From an uncultured Bacteroidales bacterium (GTDB taxonomy: Bacteria > Bacteroidota > Bacteroidia > Bacteroidales > F082), in contig CAMHFN010000011.1 in NCBI GenBank assembly GCA_946184615.1, positions 5,035 through 69,034 on the forward strand: a stretch of DNA of 64,000 bases, given 5' to 3'. The translations under genes and the position numbers were made by a program. Of the stretch, positions 1-9,859 are shown in pieces (positions within the stretch are counted from its first letter, which is position 1; every line of letters begins with the position of its first letter). Under the pieces are notes generated by a model. That model was not told the origin of the DNA, did not search any database, and was given only the letters and a program-made list of their open reading frames with translations.

Positions 1-92
1 TATGCCAAGGAACCCCGGAGGAAGTGGCGGAGTGCGAAGGCAGTTATACGGCGAAATATTTAAAAGAAGAGTTGGGAGTTACTTCAGCTTGA
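1..92 (+). CDS. uvrA: 3' end of excinuclease ABC subunit A (partial, runs off window start)
   Basis: Frame 3 reads CQGTPEEVAECEGSYTAKYLKEELGVTSA* with TGA at 90-92. The GTPEEVAECE.S.T..YLK tail resembles the UvrA C-terminus. Only 30 codons are visible. Confidence 0.5.
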   Translation, partial: CQGTPEEVAECEGSYTAKYLKEELGVTSA

Positions 93-1065
93 TTTTTTGA
101 CCGGGTTTGAGGACAACATTCTCCTCCAGTTTGTTACGTTTCATGATCTTATCAGGCCGTACAGCAAAACACAAGGCAATGTCGCGGACGGTTTCGCCTC
201 CTACCGTGATATATTTCTTCACTTTTCGGTTGCGTTTCCTCAGTTGCTCCAAATACACGATATCCCCCTGATGGAACACCATCTCGTCAGGACGAGTAAT
301 GAGATTATATTTACAGAGTTTCTTCTTCTTGATTCCCAGTTCCTTTGCCAAACTTTCAGGGGTCTCCCCTTCTTTAGCATAGAGGAAACGCACATGGTTG
401 TTCTCATAGATGAAACGCTTGTCGTCCGTCATGTCAACAAGTTCATACAGGGAACGGTCCGAAGGCGAGAATGCTAGTTCAAGTTCCGTTGAGGTTATGT
501 TGACTTGGGTTTGGTCTTCTCCCTTCATGCGTTTCTTCAATTCTTTCTCACTGATCAAGCCCATGGCCAGTTGGTCATACAAATACAGTTTATTGGTTTT
601 GATGCGGTTGATCAATGCCGTTGCATAAGTCGGACTTGTAGCGTATCCAGCAGCCTTCAGTCCTTTGGCCCATCCTTCATAATCCATGATATCTAACTTG
701 AAGAGGTCGGCATAACGGCTACGTGAAGTCAAAAAATCCGAATGATCGCGATAGGAATCCTCCGCTTTACGATACTTACGGAAGCACTCGTCTTTTTCAT
801 CATCGTCCATCGTATAGGTCTTGCCATTCCAACCCTTGTGGCATTTGATGCCAAAATGATTTTTCGCTTCACGAGCCAACGCACTGTTACCAGCACCCGA
901 CTCGATGATGCCTTGTGCCAACGTGATGGAGGCCGGAATCTTATGATCCTTCATCTCCTTCATGGCGATATCCTTATAAGTCTCAATATACTCTTCAACA
1001 GTGATTTTTTGCCCCATCAGCACAAGGGGGAAAAGCAACAAAAACAGAATGGACTGACGTTTCAT
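79..1065 (-). CDS. Secreted peptidoglycan hydrolase: N-acetylglucosaminidase (GH73-type) domain plus two LysM repeats
   Basis: ORF 79..1221 trimmed to the ATG at 1065, which starts the signal peptide MKRQSILFLLLFPLVLMGQ. ITLAQGIIESGAGNSALAREAKNHFGIKC matches the glucosaminidase catalytic region. Two LysM-like units are present (YAKEGETPESLAKELGI..., YITVGGETVRDIALCFAV...PGQKIKL). Confidence 0.8.
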   Translation of the reverse strand: MKRQSILFLLLFPLVLMGQKITVEEYIETYKDIAMKEMKDHKIPASITLAQGIIESGAGNSALAREAKNHFGIKCHKGWNGKTYTMDDDEKDECFRKYRKAEDSYRDHSDFLTSRSRYADLFKLDIMDYEGWAKGLKAAGYATSPTYATALINRIKTNKLYLYDQLAMGLISEKELKKRMKGEDQTQVNITSTELELAFSPSDRSLYELVDMTDDKRFIYENNHVRFLYAKEGETPESLAKELGIKKKKLCKYNLITRPDEMVFHQGDIVYLEQLRKRNRKVKKYITVGGETVRDIALCFAVRPDKIMKRNKLEENVVLKPGQKIKLK

Positions 1066-1134
1066 GGAGTTCGATTTTGAGTTGGTAAAGATACAAAACT
1101 TTTCATAAACGGTCAGCCGTATGCAATAATTTCC

Positions 1135-1142
1135 TATTTTTG
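1135..1142 (+). promoter_or_regulatory. Putative Bacteroidota -7 promoter box (TATTTTTG) for rsmG
   Basis: Matches the TAnnTTTG consensus, 19 nt upstream of ATG 1162, in a divergent intergenic region. Confidence 0.4.
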
Positions 1143-1161
1143 TAAGTTTTTGTAAAAGTGC

Positions 1162-1788
1162 ATGGATACAACCACTGTCTTCAACTATTTCAAAGACCTT
1201 TCTGAGACACAGAAAGATCAATACAACCAGTTAAAATCATTGTATTTGGACTGGAACAGCAAGATCAATGTCATCTCACGAAAGGACATGGAGCATTTCT
1301 ATGAGCACCATGTGTTACATTCCCTTGCCATCGCCAAGTATTTCGACATCCTACCCGGCATGAAGGTGATGGATCTCGGCACTGGAGGCGGTTTCCCAGG
1401 CATCCCGTTGGCCATCATGTTTCCTTATGCGGAGTTCTATCTCATTGACGGTACAGGCAAGAAAATCAATGTGGTCAATGCCGTGAAAGACGCTATCGGT
1501 TTGGAAAACGTTGTAGCAGAACACAAACGAGCCGAAGAGGTGAAAGACAAATTCGATATCGTCACCGGTCGCGCCGTGATGACCTTACCTGAGATTGCCA
1601 ATTTGGCCGGCAACAAGTTACGCATCAGAGGCGATGAAGAAGCTGGAGGCATCCTCTATCTGAAAGGCGGCGACCTCAAAGAAGAATTCAAAGCCATCTC
1701 CAAATACTGGCGTTACAAGAAAACACCCGTTTCCAAGTATTTCAAGGAAACTTATTTTGAAGAAAAATATATTATTCATTTATATTAA
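1162..1788 (+). CDS. rsmG: 16S rRNA (guanine527-N7)-methyltransferase RsmG/GidB
   Basis: 208 aa. SAM-binding motif VMDLGTGGGFPGIPLAI, and N-terminal INVISRKDMEHFYEHHVLHSL typical of GidB. Confidence 0.85.
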   Translation: MDTTTVFNYFKDLSETQKDQYNQLKSLYLDWNSKINVISRKDMEHFYEHHVLHSLAIAKYFDILPGMKVMDLGTGGGFPGIPLAIMFPYAEFYLIDGTGKKINVVNAVKDAIGLENVVAEHKRAEEVKDKFDIVTGRAVMTLPEIANLAGNKLRIRGDEEAGGILYLKGGDLKEEFKAISKYWRYKKTPVSKYFKETYFEEKYIIHLY

Positions 1789-1827
1789 TTATTTATAGTA
1801 CAAATTAAGAATTTAATAGCAAAAAAA

Positions 1828-4629
1828 ATGAGAAGACTAAGATTACCTTTAGCAATTGCTATGGTTTGGGCTTTTGGACTTAGTGCCATGGCCCAGATGC
1901 CTACTCCGATGGATCCCAGCGTGAGGTATGGCAAACTTGACAACGGCATGACCTACTACATCCGCCACAATGAAAAGCCGGCACAACGTGCTGATTTTTA
2001 CATTGCGCAGAAAGTCGGTTCCATCCTTGAGGAGGAGCCCCAGCGGGGTCTTGCCCACTTTTTGGAGCACATGGCCTTCAATGGCACCACCAATCTCCCA
2101 GGCATGATGCTTCGCGAGTATCTGCAAAGCCGCGGCATCAAGTTCGGCGAGAACCTCAATGCCGGAACGGGCATTGACCAGACAGTCTATATGGTCACCA
2201 ACGTCCCCACCAACATTCCGGGTCTTGTTGACACCTGCTTGCTCATTCTCCACGACTGGTCAAGCTTCATCGCTCTTGAAGAAAAAGAAATCGACAATGA
2301 GCGTGGTGTGATTCTCGAGGAACTCCGCACCCGTGAAGATGCCAGCGAACGTATCATGAAGGAGATTCTTCCCATCATGTATCCCAACAGCCCCTATGCT
2401 AACCGTCTCCCTGGCGGTCTGCCTGAAGTAGTGGCCAATTTCGAGTACCAGACCCTTCGCGACTACTATCATAAGTGGTACCGCCCCGACCTTCAGGGTC
2501 TGATCATCGTGGGCGACGTCGATGTCGATGCCATTGAGGCCCGTATCAAGGAAATGTGTGCCGACATCAAGGCCCCTGAAAACCCTGCCCCGAGAACACG
2601 TTTCATGATCGACGATAACGAGGAACCCATCGTGGCCATCGCTTCCGACCCGGAAGAGACCAACTACCAAGTGAACCTGTATTATAAGACGGACGCCACC
2701 CCTGACTCATTAAAGAATGATGTCAACTATTGGGTTGGGCAGTATGTGCTCTCCATCATCTCTCAGATGGAAATCAACCGTTTGCAGGAACTCACCCACA
2801 AGGCCAATCCTCCCTTTGTTTACGGCTACAGCTATTACTCCAACTATTACCTCGCTCCTACAAAAGACGCTTGGTGCAGCATGGCCATGGCCAAAGACGC
2901 CAGTGGCATCGACGAAGCCCTCACTGCCCTTGTCACTGAAAACAAAAAAATGCAGCAATATGGGTTCACCTCTTCGGAATACGAAAGAGCCAAGGCCGAT
3001 TTCATGAAACGTATTGAGAGCCAATACAATGAGAGAAACAACACGGAAAACAGCAGATACGTCAACGCTTGCCTGGAGCATTTCCTGAGCAACGAACCCA
3101 TGATGGGCATTGAGACGGAGTATGCACTCTACCAACAAATCATCCCCAGTCTTCCTATTGAAGCCATCAACGCTTTCGCCCAGCAGCTCATCCCTGAAAA
3201 CAACCTCGTCATCACCGTGACTGCACCCAAGAAAGAGGGCGAAGTGCTTCCCACCAAGGAAGAGATCCTCAAGATTTACGAAACCGCCAACGCTACCCAA
3301 GTCGAGCCCTATAAAGAAGAGGTGTTTGACGGCCCCATGGTGGAAAACCTGCCCAAACCCGGCAAAATCAAGAAGGAAGAGCTCATACCCGAATTCGACG
3401 CTGTCCAGCTCACCCTTAGCAACGGCATGAAGGTCATCTATAAAAAGACCACGTTCAAGGAAGATGAAATCCGTTTCAGAGCGACCAGCAAAGGCGGTCT
3501 CTCTGCTCTTAAACAAGAGGATTTCGTCACGCTGCAAACCCTTCCTGAACTCATCACTTTGGGCGGTGTAGGCAACTTCAGCGCCACCGACCTCCCCAAG
3601 GTCCTTGCTGGAAAGAAAGCCCGTGTCACCCCTGACATCGACAGCTATTATGAAGGCATGAGCGGCAACTGCTCACCCAAAGACCTTGAAACGATGATGC
3701 AACTTATTTATCTGTATTTCACTGCACCGCGTTCCGATGAAGAGGCCTTCCAATCGTACACACAACGCACCAAAGCCGCCATCGAAAACCAAGAGCTGAA
3801 TCCCATGATCACCTTCACCGACTCCCTCACCAAGGTGCTCTATAACAACCATCCGCTCCGCAAGAGAATCAAAGCCGATGACATTGACAAGATTGACTAT
3901 GCCAAGGCCATGGAGCTCTACCAAGACCGCTTTGCCGACCCCAACAACTTTACTTTCTATTTCGTGGGCAACATCGATGACGAGACGTTCAAACCTATGG
4001 TGGAACAATACCTTGCCTCCTTGGAGAAAAACAAACGCAGCGAAGATTGGAAAGACATCAACCTGGGTATTCCCGAGACCAATTATAACTGCCACTTCAC
4101 CAAACAGATGCAGAACCCCAAAGCGACCATCTATATGATCATGAATGGCACCATGGAGTACAACTACCATAATCAAATGTACATGAAAGCTTTAAGTGAT
4201 GTGATGGACATTTACTATACCCGCACGATCCGTGAAGAAGAAGGCGGCACCTATGGTGTAGGCGTGATGGGACAAGTCGCTGACAAGCCGAAGAATGCAT
4301 TCTTGTTCCTCGTTGCTTTTGACACCAACAAGGAGATGTATGAGAAACTCATGAACAAAGTCTATGAAGGTTTAAACGATGTTGCACAAAACGGTCCTGC
4401 ACAAGAAGACCTGAGCAAAGTGGTCGAAAATCTCTACAAAAAACGCACTGAGCAGATGGAGGAAAACAGCTTCTGGATCAATGCCATCGACACCTTTGAA
4501 GACGATAACATCAACATCATGGCTGAATTCGACGACATCGTGAAGAGCATCACTCCTCAAACCATTGCCGATTTCGCCAAAGAAGTGCTGAAAGGCTATA
4601 AGAAAGAGATTGTTCAACTTCCAGAATAA
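1828..4629 (+). CDS. M16 family zinc metallopeptidase (insulinase/pitrilysin-like), secreted
   Basis: 933 aa. Signal peptide MRRLRLPLAIAMVWAFGLSAMAQ and the inverted zinc motif HFLEHMAFNG (HxxEH). The length fits an active plus inactive M16 domain pair. Confidence 0.85.
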   Translation: MRRLRLPLAIAMVWAFGLSAMAQMPTPMDPSVRYGKLDNGMTYYIRHNEKPAQRADFYIAQKVGSILEEEPQRGLAHFLEHMAFNGTTNLPGMMLREYLQSRGIKFGENLNAGTGIDQTVYMVTNVPTNIPGLVDTCLLILHDWSSFIALEEKEIDNERGVILEELRTREDASERIMKEILPIMYPNSPYANRLPGGLPEVVANFEYQTLRDYYHKWYRPDLQGLIIVGDVDVDAIEARIKEMCADIKAPENPAPRTRFMIDDNEEPIVAIASDPEETNYQVNLYYKTDATPDSLKNDVNYWVGQYVLSIISQMEINRLQELTHKANPPFVYGYSYYSNYYLAPTKDAWCSMAMAKDASGIDEALTALVTENKKMQQYGFTSSEYERAKADFMKRIESQYNERNNTENSRYVNACLEHFLSNEPMMGIETEYALYQQIIPSLPIEAINAFAQQLIPENNLVITVTAPKKEGEVLPTKEEILKIYETANATQVEPYKEEVFDGPMVENLPKPGKIKKEELIPEFDAVQLTLSNGMKVIYKKTTFKEDEIRFRATSKGGLSALKQEDFVTLQTLPELITLGGVGNFSATDLPKVLAGKKARVTPDIDSYYEGMSGNCSPKDLETMMQLIYLYFTAPRSDEEAFQSYTQRTKAAIENQELNPMITFTDSLTKVLYNNHPLRKRIKADDIDKIDYAKAMELYQDRFADPNNFTFYFVGNIDDETFKPMVEQYLASLEKNKRSEDWKDINLGIPETNYNCHFTKQMQNPKATIYMIMNGTMEYNYHNQMYMKALSDVMDIYYTRTIREEEGGTYGVGVMGQVADKPKNAFLFLVAFDTNKEMYEKLMNKVYEGLNDVAQNGPAQEDLSKVVENLYKKRTEQMEENSFWINAIDTFEDDNINIMAEFDDIVKSITPQTIADFAKEVLKGYKKEIVQLPE

Positions 4630-4641
4630 AAAGCGGAACAG

Positions 4642-4681
4642 AATCTTGAAATCTTTAAATCTTTAAATCTTGAAATTCTAA
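4642..4681. repeat. 8-nt periodic tandem repeat (AATCTTKA x4 + AATTCTAA) filling the leader of the MFS gene
   Basis: Read directly: aatcttga aatcttta aatcttta aatcttga aattctaa, ending 6 nt before ATG 4688. Confidence 0.8.
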
Positions 4682-4687
4682 ATCATA

Positions 4688-6301
4688 ATGACAGAAAAAC
4701 TCACCATGAGAGACAATGCCACCTATAGGTGGATTGCCTTGTTGCTGTTGGCTTTGGCCATGTTTTGCAGCTACATTTTTATGGACATTTTGTCCCCCAT
4801 CAAAGACTTGATGCAAACCGAGCGCGGATGGGACAGTCTTGCTTTCGGTACCATGCAAGGTGCTGAGACGTTCTTGAACGTCTTTGTGTTCTTTCTGATT
4901 TTTGCTGGTATCATCCTCGACAAGATGGGCGTACGTTTCACTGCTGTACTTTCGGGTGTCGTGATGCTCATCGGTGGTTTGATTAAATACTATGCCGTCA
5001 GCGAGTCGTTCTACGGTAGTGGACTGGAGACTTGGTTCAATAACAACCTCAACTACATCCCTGGTTTTGAAGAGTTGGGCGTTTCTCCCTTCTATCGGGG
5101 CATGCCCGCTTCCGCCAAGCTAGCCGCCGTTGGTTTCATGATCTTCGGCTGCGGCACTGAGATGGCTGGTATCACTGTGAGCCGTGGTATCGTGAAATGG
5201 TTCAAGGGCCGCGAGACTGCTTTGGCCATGGGTTCCGAGATGGCGTTGGCTCGTCTGGGAGTGGCTACCTGCATGATCTTCTCCCCCTACTTCGCCAAAC
5301 TCGGTGGTCACATCAACGTGAGCCGTTCCGTTGCCTTCGGCGTGGTGTTGCTTTGCATCGCCTTGATCATGTTCATCGTTTACTTCTTCATGGACAAGAA
5401 ACTTGACAGCCAGACGGGTGAAGCAGAAGAGAAAGACGATCCATTCAAAGTGTCCGATATCGGCAAGATTCTCTCGAGCCTTGGCTTCTGGTTGGTTGCT
5501 TTGCTCTGTGTGTTGTACTATTCAGCCATTTTCCCCTTCCAGAAATACGCCGTTAACATGTTGCAGTGCAACCTGACCTTGACCGAGCCCGCTGCTGGTT
5601 CCTTCTGGGCTGGTGACACCGTCACCATCATCCAATACATCATCATGCTTGTGGTAGCTGTCTGTTCGTTCGCCAGCAACTTCTCCAAGAAGAAAGGCAT
5701 GAAATTCGGTTTGATGGCGGTTGCCGTAATTGCTTTGATTGTTTACTGCTACATGGGTTACATGCGTGGCACTGCCGAGACCATCTTCGCCGTGTTCCCG
5801 CTGTTGGCCGTGGCCATCACCCCCATCCTTGGCAGCTATGTCGACCACAAAGGCAAGGCTGCTTCCATGCTGATGATTGGCTCATTGTTGCTCATCCTCT
5901 GCCACCTCACTTTTGCCTTCATCCTTCCTATGGTAAAAGGCAGCCCCGTTGGTGGCGTAGCCGTGGCTTATATCACCATCCTGGTCTTGGGTGCCTCATT
6001 CTCCTTGGTGCCTGCCGCCCTGTGGCCAAGTGTACCGAAGCTGGTGGATGAAAAAATCATCGGTTCAGCCTACGCTCTGATTTTCTGGATCCAGAACATC
6101 GGTCTGTGGCTGTTCCCGCTGCTTATCGGCAAAGTGCTTGAAAACACCAACGAAGGCGTGACTGACCCGTTGGCCCTCAATTACCGTTGGCCCCTGGTCA
6201 TGTTGGCCTGCCTCGGTATTGCCGCCCTCATTATCGGCATCATCTTGAAACGTGTCGACAAGAAGAGACACCTCGGACTGGAAGAGCCGAACATTAAGTA
6301 A
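4688..6301 (+). CDS. MFS-type membrane transporter
   Basis: 537 aa, hydrophobic throughout with about 12-14 helix-length segments in two halves separated by a charged loop (KKLDSQTGEAEEKDDPFK). No substrate assignment is possible. Confidence 0.65.
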   Translation: MTEKLTMRDNATYRWIALLLLALAMFCSYIFMDILSPIKDLMQTERGWDSLAFGTMQGAETFLNVFVFFLIFAGIILDKMGVRFTAVLSGVVMLIGGLIKYYAVSESFYGSGLETWFNNNLNYIPGFEELGVSPFYRGMPASAKLAAVGFMIFGCGTEMAGITVSRGIVKWFKGRETALAMGSEMALARLGVATCMIFSPYFAKLGGHINVSRSVAFGVVLLCIALIMFIVYFFMDKKLDSQTGEAEEKDDPFKVSDIGKILSSLGFWLVALLCVLYYSAIFPFQKYAVNMLQCNLTLTEPAAGSFWAGDTVTIIQYIIMLVVAVCSFASNFSKKKGMKFGLMAVAVIALIVYCYMGYMRGTAETIFAVFPLLAVAITPILGSYVDHKGKAASMLMIGSLLLILCHLTFAFILPMVKGSPVGGVAVAYITILVLGASFSLVPAALWPSVPKLVDEKIIGSAYALIFWIQNIGLWLFPLLIGKVLENTNEGVTDPLALNYRWPLVMLACLGIAALIIGIILKRVDKKRHLGLEEPNIK

Positions 6302-6324
6302 GAAGGCAGAAAACAAAAACGAGA

Positions 6325-6370
6325 AGCCTGTTCCAAAAGATTCAAAATCTGGCGGAACAGGCTTTTTCTT
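6325..6370 (+). terminator. Rho-independent terminator after the MFS gene
   Basis: 10-bp stem agcctgttcc/ggaacaggct (6325-6334 / 6354-6363) followed by a T-run. Confidence 0.6.
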
Positions 6371-6447
6371 TATTTGTGCTTTTTTCTTGCAAATCAAAAA
6401 AATAATTATTTTTGTAGTGGTCAAAACGAAGCAAAATTTAGAGTACT

Positions 6448-8313
6448 ATGAAAAGGACATTACTAATTATTTTAGGTGTTTTTACATTTATAACACTAAA
6501 AGCACAATGGATAGATGACAACACCAGCAATACTCTTATTGCAACAACTTCAAGTGATGCAGGAGAGATTTACCTTGCCACGAACCCAGTAACGGGTGAC
6601 ACGTACGCGCAATGGTGTCAGTTCCATTCCAACGGCTGGTCCCCCGCGCTTCAGCGCATCACTTTCGATGGTGTGCCGCAATGGCGTCCCGAAGGGATTC
6701 AGTTTGAAACACATAGTTTCTCCTCCATGTCGGAGGGTGTTGCCATAGCAGCCACTACTGACGGAGGCGTAGTCAGTTGTTTTGCTGCCTATGACGACCA
6801 CACCTATGCGGTGAAAATCGATGCAGACGGCAATTTTGTATGGGGCGAGCAAGGAATCCAATTGTTCGACGGCGCAGGGTTTTCTCGCGCTGAAGTCATC
6901 GCTGGCAACGACGGTGGTGTCTGGACATTGGGGTACGACTACGTGAGTCTTTATCTACAATATGTCAATGCAGACGGCACACTAAATCCTGTGGCCTACA
7001 TATACGACAACACGGGGCTCAAGTGCGCATTTGGGCAGCTAACACTGGGCAATGACAACAACGTGTTCGTGACCTACGAGAAACTCGGCAATGGCATGTA
7101 TACCGATAAACAAATCTTTGTTGCAGGATATGCTGTTGACGGCACACAAATAAGTCCAGAGACGCAACTGATGTCAAGCCAGTCCTTCCAGTCGACCTAC
7201 ATCCATCACGCCCTCTCCGATGGGATGGGAGGCGGTTATGTTTACATCTGGCACCCCGGCATCGGTGCGTCTTTCAACACCTACGTGTTCCACTTCAACC
7301 AAAACGGAGCTCCGACCATCTCTGGGACCAACGGTGTGCCCGTCCACTCCGCTGACCCTGACAACTTCTATTTCGATGCCTACGCCACGGTCGACCCCAT
7401 CAGCCACGACTTGATCCTAGCCTATAGACAAACCGACTCCTACTTGCAATCGCAGAGCAAGGTGTATATAAACCGTATCACATCGTCAGGATATGTAATG
7501 TGGGATGAAGGCAAACTGGTAATTGACAACGGCACCAACCCATGCTATGACATCAAGGTCGATGCTTTCCAATATGGAGAGGGCTTTGTGGTGACCTACC
7601 TAAAACAAAACAGCCCTGGGGGGACAAGCTCCATTGTTGAGGCACAAGGATTCACCGATAAAGGTGAGCCTCTTTGGACCAAAGTCATGAGCAGCAACTA
7701 CAATTGGAAAGTGGGAGCTGAAAACACCTCAGGTTTCCACAATGGACAAAACATCATGATGTGGGTCAATGCAGAAACTGGCGGACTCTACGGACAGAAT
7801 ATCGGTCAGAACGGCGAGATGGGCGAGATCACACCCCCTATCCCACCGGCGCCATGCGACGCGCCAACCCACTTACAAGGCGAATACATTTACAATCCGA
7901 ATACAGAAAGCGGTGCGGCGCTGATTTCGTGGACAGCCCCCGAGACAACTCCTCTACACTACAACCTCTATTGTGAAGAGACCAAAGAAGTCATCGAGAT
8001 TGACGCCGCTTACAACTCCTATTATGACGAGAGGAACCCTGGGGGCTACATTTATAGGCTTACCGCCGTTTACGAAGACTGCGAGTCAAATTTCGCCATG
8101 ACCGAAACGGGCGACAACTATCTGCTCATTGAGGTCACCTCCATTCCCGAGGACACCGACGAAACGATGGTCTCCATCACCAAAGTCTACACCTTGACGG
8201 GACAACAGCTTCGCGATGTCACCCCAGAAGCCTTAAGTCCCGGTGTTTACATCCTTCAAGGCTTGGATCAAAAAGGGAATCTCATCAACAAAAAAATCCA
8301 CATCAAAAAATGA
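6448..8313 (+). CDS. Secreted protein of unknown function with T9SS C-terminal sorting domain
   Basis: 621 aa. Signal peptide [20 protein letters not shown]. The C-terminal ~70 aa ([47 protein letters not shown]) has the T9SS CTD pattern. Confidence 0.7.
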   Translation: MKRTLLIILGVFTFITLKAQWIDDNTSNTLIATTSSDAGEIYLATNPVTGDTYAQWCQFHSNGWSPALQRITFDGVPQWRPEGIQFETHSFSSMSEGVAIAATTDGGVVSCFAAYDDHTYAVKIDADGNFVWGEQGIQLFDGAGFSRAEVIAGNDGGVWTLGYDYVSLYLQYVNADGTLNPVAYIYDNTGLKCAFGQLTLGNDNNVFVTYEKLGNGMYTDKQIFVAGYAVDGTQISPETQLMSSQSFQSTYIHHALSDGMGGGYVYIWHPGIGASFNTYVFHFNQNGAPTISGTNGVPVHSADPDNFYFDAYATVDPISHDLILAYRQTDSYLQSQSKVYINRITSSGYVMWDEGKLVIDNGTNPCYDIKVDAFQYGEGFVVTYLKQNSPGGTSSIVEAQGFTDKGEPLWTKVMSSNYNWKVGAENTSGFHNGQNIMMWVNAETGGLYGQNIGQNGEMGEITPPIPPAPCDAPTHLQGEYIYNPNTESGAALISWTAPETTPLHYNLYCEETKEVIEIDAAYNSYYDERNPGGYIYRLTAVYEDCESNFAMTETGDNYLLIEVTSIPEDTDETMVSITKVYTLTGQQLRDVTPEALSPGVYILQGLDQKGNLINKKIHIKK

Positions 8314-8317
8314 CATT

Positions 8318-8638
8318 ATGATTCTTACAACTACACCGACCGTTGAAGGTCGCACCATTACCGAATACAAAGGCATTGTGTTCGGTGAGGTCATTTCGGG
8401 AGTGAATTTTATCAAAGATATCAAGGCTGGTTTTCGTGATATTTTTGGTGGTCGTTCGAACTCCTATGAACAAGAGTTAATCAATGCTCGCAACCAAGCT
8501 TTGGGAGAATTGGAAGAACGGGCTCGACAATTGAATGCTGACGCTGTAGTAGGCATTGATATCGACTATGAGGTGTTAGGCCAAAGCGGTTCGATGCTGA
8601 TGGTTTCTGCTTCAGGTACGGCAGTGAAGCTTCAATAA
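8318..8638 (+). CDS. YbjQ/UPF0145 family protein
   Basis: ORF 8243..8638 trimmed to ATG 8318. [51 protein letters not shown]...[12 protein letters not shown] is the YbjQ_1 family pattern. Confidence 0.8.
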   Translation: MILTTTPTVEGRTITEYKGIVFGEVISGVNFIKDIKAGFRDIFGGRSNSYEQELINARNQALGELEERARQLNADAVVGIDIDYEVLGQSGSMLMVSASGTAVKLQ

Positions 8639-8677
8639 AAGGATGATCCAATAATCCGTCGACCGCTTAAACATAAT

Positions 8678-8708
8678 AACCCACTGATTTTCAGTGGGTT
8701 ATTTTTTT
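8678..8708 (+). terminator. Rho-independent terminator after the ybjQ-like gene
   Basis: Stem aacccact/agtgggtt with a 7-nt loop, followed by T7. Confidence 0.7.
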
Positions 8709-8709
8709 G

Positions 8710-8784
8710 TGGGAACTGTTGGACTCGAACCAACGACCCCCGCCTTGTAAGGGCGATGCTCTGAACCAACTGAGCTAAGCTCCC
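8710..8784 (-). tRNA. tRNA-Val (anticodon TAC)
   Basis: The reverse complement GGGAGCTTAGCTCAGTTGGTTCAGAGCATCGCCCTTACAAGGCGGGGGTCGTTGGTTCGAGTCCAACAGTTCCCA folds as a cloverleaf. The anticodon loop is CTTACAA and the T-loop is GGTTCGAGTCC. Confidence 0.9.
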
Positions 8785-8813
8785 CTTTGCGGCTGCAAAG
8801 ATAAAAAGATTTT

Positions 8814-8841
8814 GGAATTTAGAATTAAGAATTCAGAATAA
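8814..8841. repeat. Heptamer tandem repeat (GGAATTT AGAATTA AGAATTC AGAATAA)
   Basis: Read directly in the intergenic region between tRNA-Val and the Tim44-like gene. Confidence 0.75.
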
Positions 8842-8865
8842 TTAGTTTTTTTTAGTATTCTTCGA

Positions 8866-8873
8866 TTTATTAT
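8866..8873 (+). promoter_or_regulatory. Putative -7 promoter box TATCTTTG
   Basis: Matches TAnnTTTG, 28 nt upstream of ATG 8902. Confidence 0.45.
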
Positions 8874-8901
8874 ATTATCTTTGCTTTTTAATTTGACGCT
8901 T

Positions 8902-9810
8902 ATGAACAAGGGGTTCTTGAAAAGATTACGACATTGTCTTCCTTTTATTTTGTTGGCTGTAAGCCTTTTAACCTGCTTATTTGCCTTTGGCGACGTAGGC
9001 AACCAAAACCGTTACAGCTCTGGTGGTGGCGGTGACTTCGGCGGCGATGGCGATATCGGAGCATTGATCGGCTACCTCATCGGGCTCTTTATCGACGACC
9101 CCGTAACAGGATTGATTGTCTTGGCCATCATTGTGATTTTCGTGGTGATCCGAAAAAGAAAAGCCAAGAAACAAGCCTCTGATCCAAACATCATCAACCA
9201 GCGTGTAAACAACCAAGTGCAGAACGACACGACTTTCGACAACAGTGCCGCAGTGGCTGCCCAAATCCAAACCATCGATCCTGCGTTCTCCTCCGACAAA
9301 TTCATCGGATTCGCACGTGAAGTCTTCATGACCATCCAAGCCGCTTGGACTGCAAAGGACTGGAAACCCATCCGTCCCTTTGAGAGCGAAACCCTCTTCA
9401 ACACGCACAAACAACAACTCGATGAATACATCCGCTTGGGCAAGACCAACGTGGTGGAAAAAATCGGCATCAAGCACTGTTCCCTGCACTCGTTCCAACA
9501 GGACGGCGACAAGGAAGTACTTGTGGTATGGCTCAACGCCGTGATGCGCGACTATGTGATTGACGATGCCACCAAGAAGGTACTGGAAAGCGACCCGAAC
9601 CGCGACTGGTACATGAAGTATGAGATGGTGTTTAACCGCAAGGCGGGCGTAAAGACCGACCCAGGACGCAAAGGCAACGCCATCACCAACTGTCCCAACT
9701 GCGGTGCCCCGACAGAGATCACCTCTTCAGGACAATGCACCTACTGCGGCAGCGTGGTGACCAACGGCGAACACGATTGGGTCTTAACGGATATCCATTC
9801 AAGGAATTAA
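8902..9810 (+). CDS. Membrane protein with Tim44-like domain and C-terminal zinc ribbon
   Basis: ORF trimmed to ATG 8902. It has an N-terminal signal/TM segment, a Gly-rich stretch and a second TM (GLIVLAIIVIFVVIRKRK). The core FIGFAREVFMTIQAAWTAKDWKPIRPF...VLVVWLNAVMRDYVID resembles the Tim44-like fold. The C-terminus NCPNCGAPTEITSSGQCTYCGS is a CxxC...CxxC ribbon. Confidence 0.6.
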   Translation: MNKGFLKRLRHCLPFILLAVSLLTCLFAFGDVGNQNRYSSGGGGDFGGDGDIGALIGYLIGLFIDDPVTGLIVLAIIVIFVVIRKRKAKKQASDPNIINQRVNNQVQNDTTFDNSAAVAAQIQTIDPAFSSDKFIGFAREVFMTIQAAWTAKDWKPIRPFESETLFNTHKQQLDEYIRLGKTNVVEKIGIKHCSLHSFQQDGDKEVLVVWLNAVMRDYVIDDATKKVLESDPNRDWYMKYEMVFNRKAGVKTDPGRKGNAITNCPNCGAPTEITSSGQCTYCGSVVTNGEHDWVLTDIHSRN

Positions 9811-9854
9811 AAATTGAAAATCTCTAAATTAATAATTAAAAATTCTAAATTAAT
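9805..9854. repeat. AATT-phased 7-nt periodic AT-rich leader repeat
   Basis: AATT recurs at 9805, 9812, (9819), 9827, 9834, 9841 and 9848, and includes ATTCTAAAT. It ends 5 nt before ATG 9860. Confidence 0.6.
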
Positions 9855-9859
9855 CGAAA

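Noticed and set aside
2710-3537. 275-aa minus-strand ORF. The same applies to similar antisense ORFs at 33883-34566, 35069-35734, 45457-46062 and 28026-28562.
   Set aside because: Each lies inside and antisense to a confidently assigned gene, so I treat them as shadow ORFs.
4642-4681. Short tandem repeats considered as a possible CRISPR or mini-array
   Set aside because: The units are 7-8 nt with no spacers, far too short, and there are no cas genes.
6351-6366. TGGCGGAACAGGCTTT, resembling a sigma-54 -24/-12 promoter
   Set aside because: The spacing is off by one, and the sequence forms the 3' arm of the MFS terminator hairpin.
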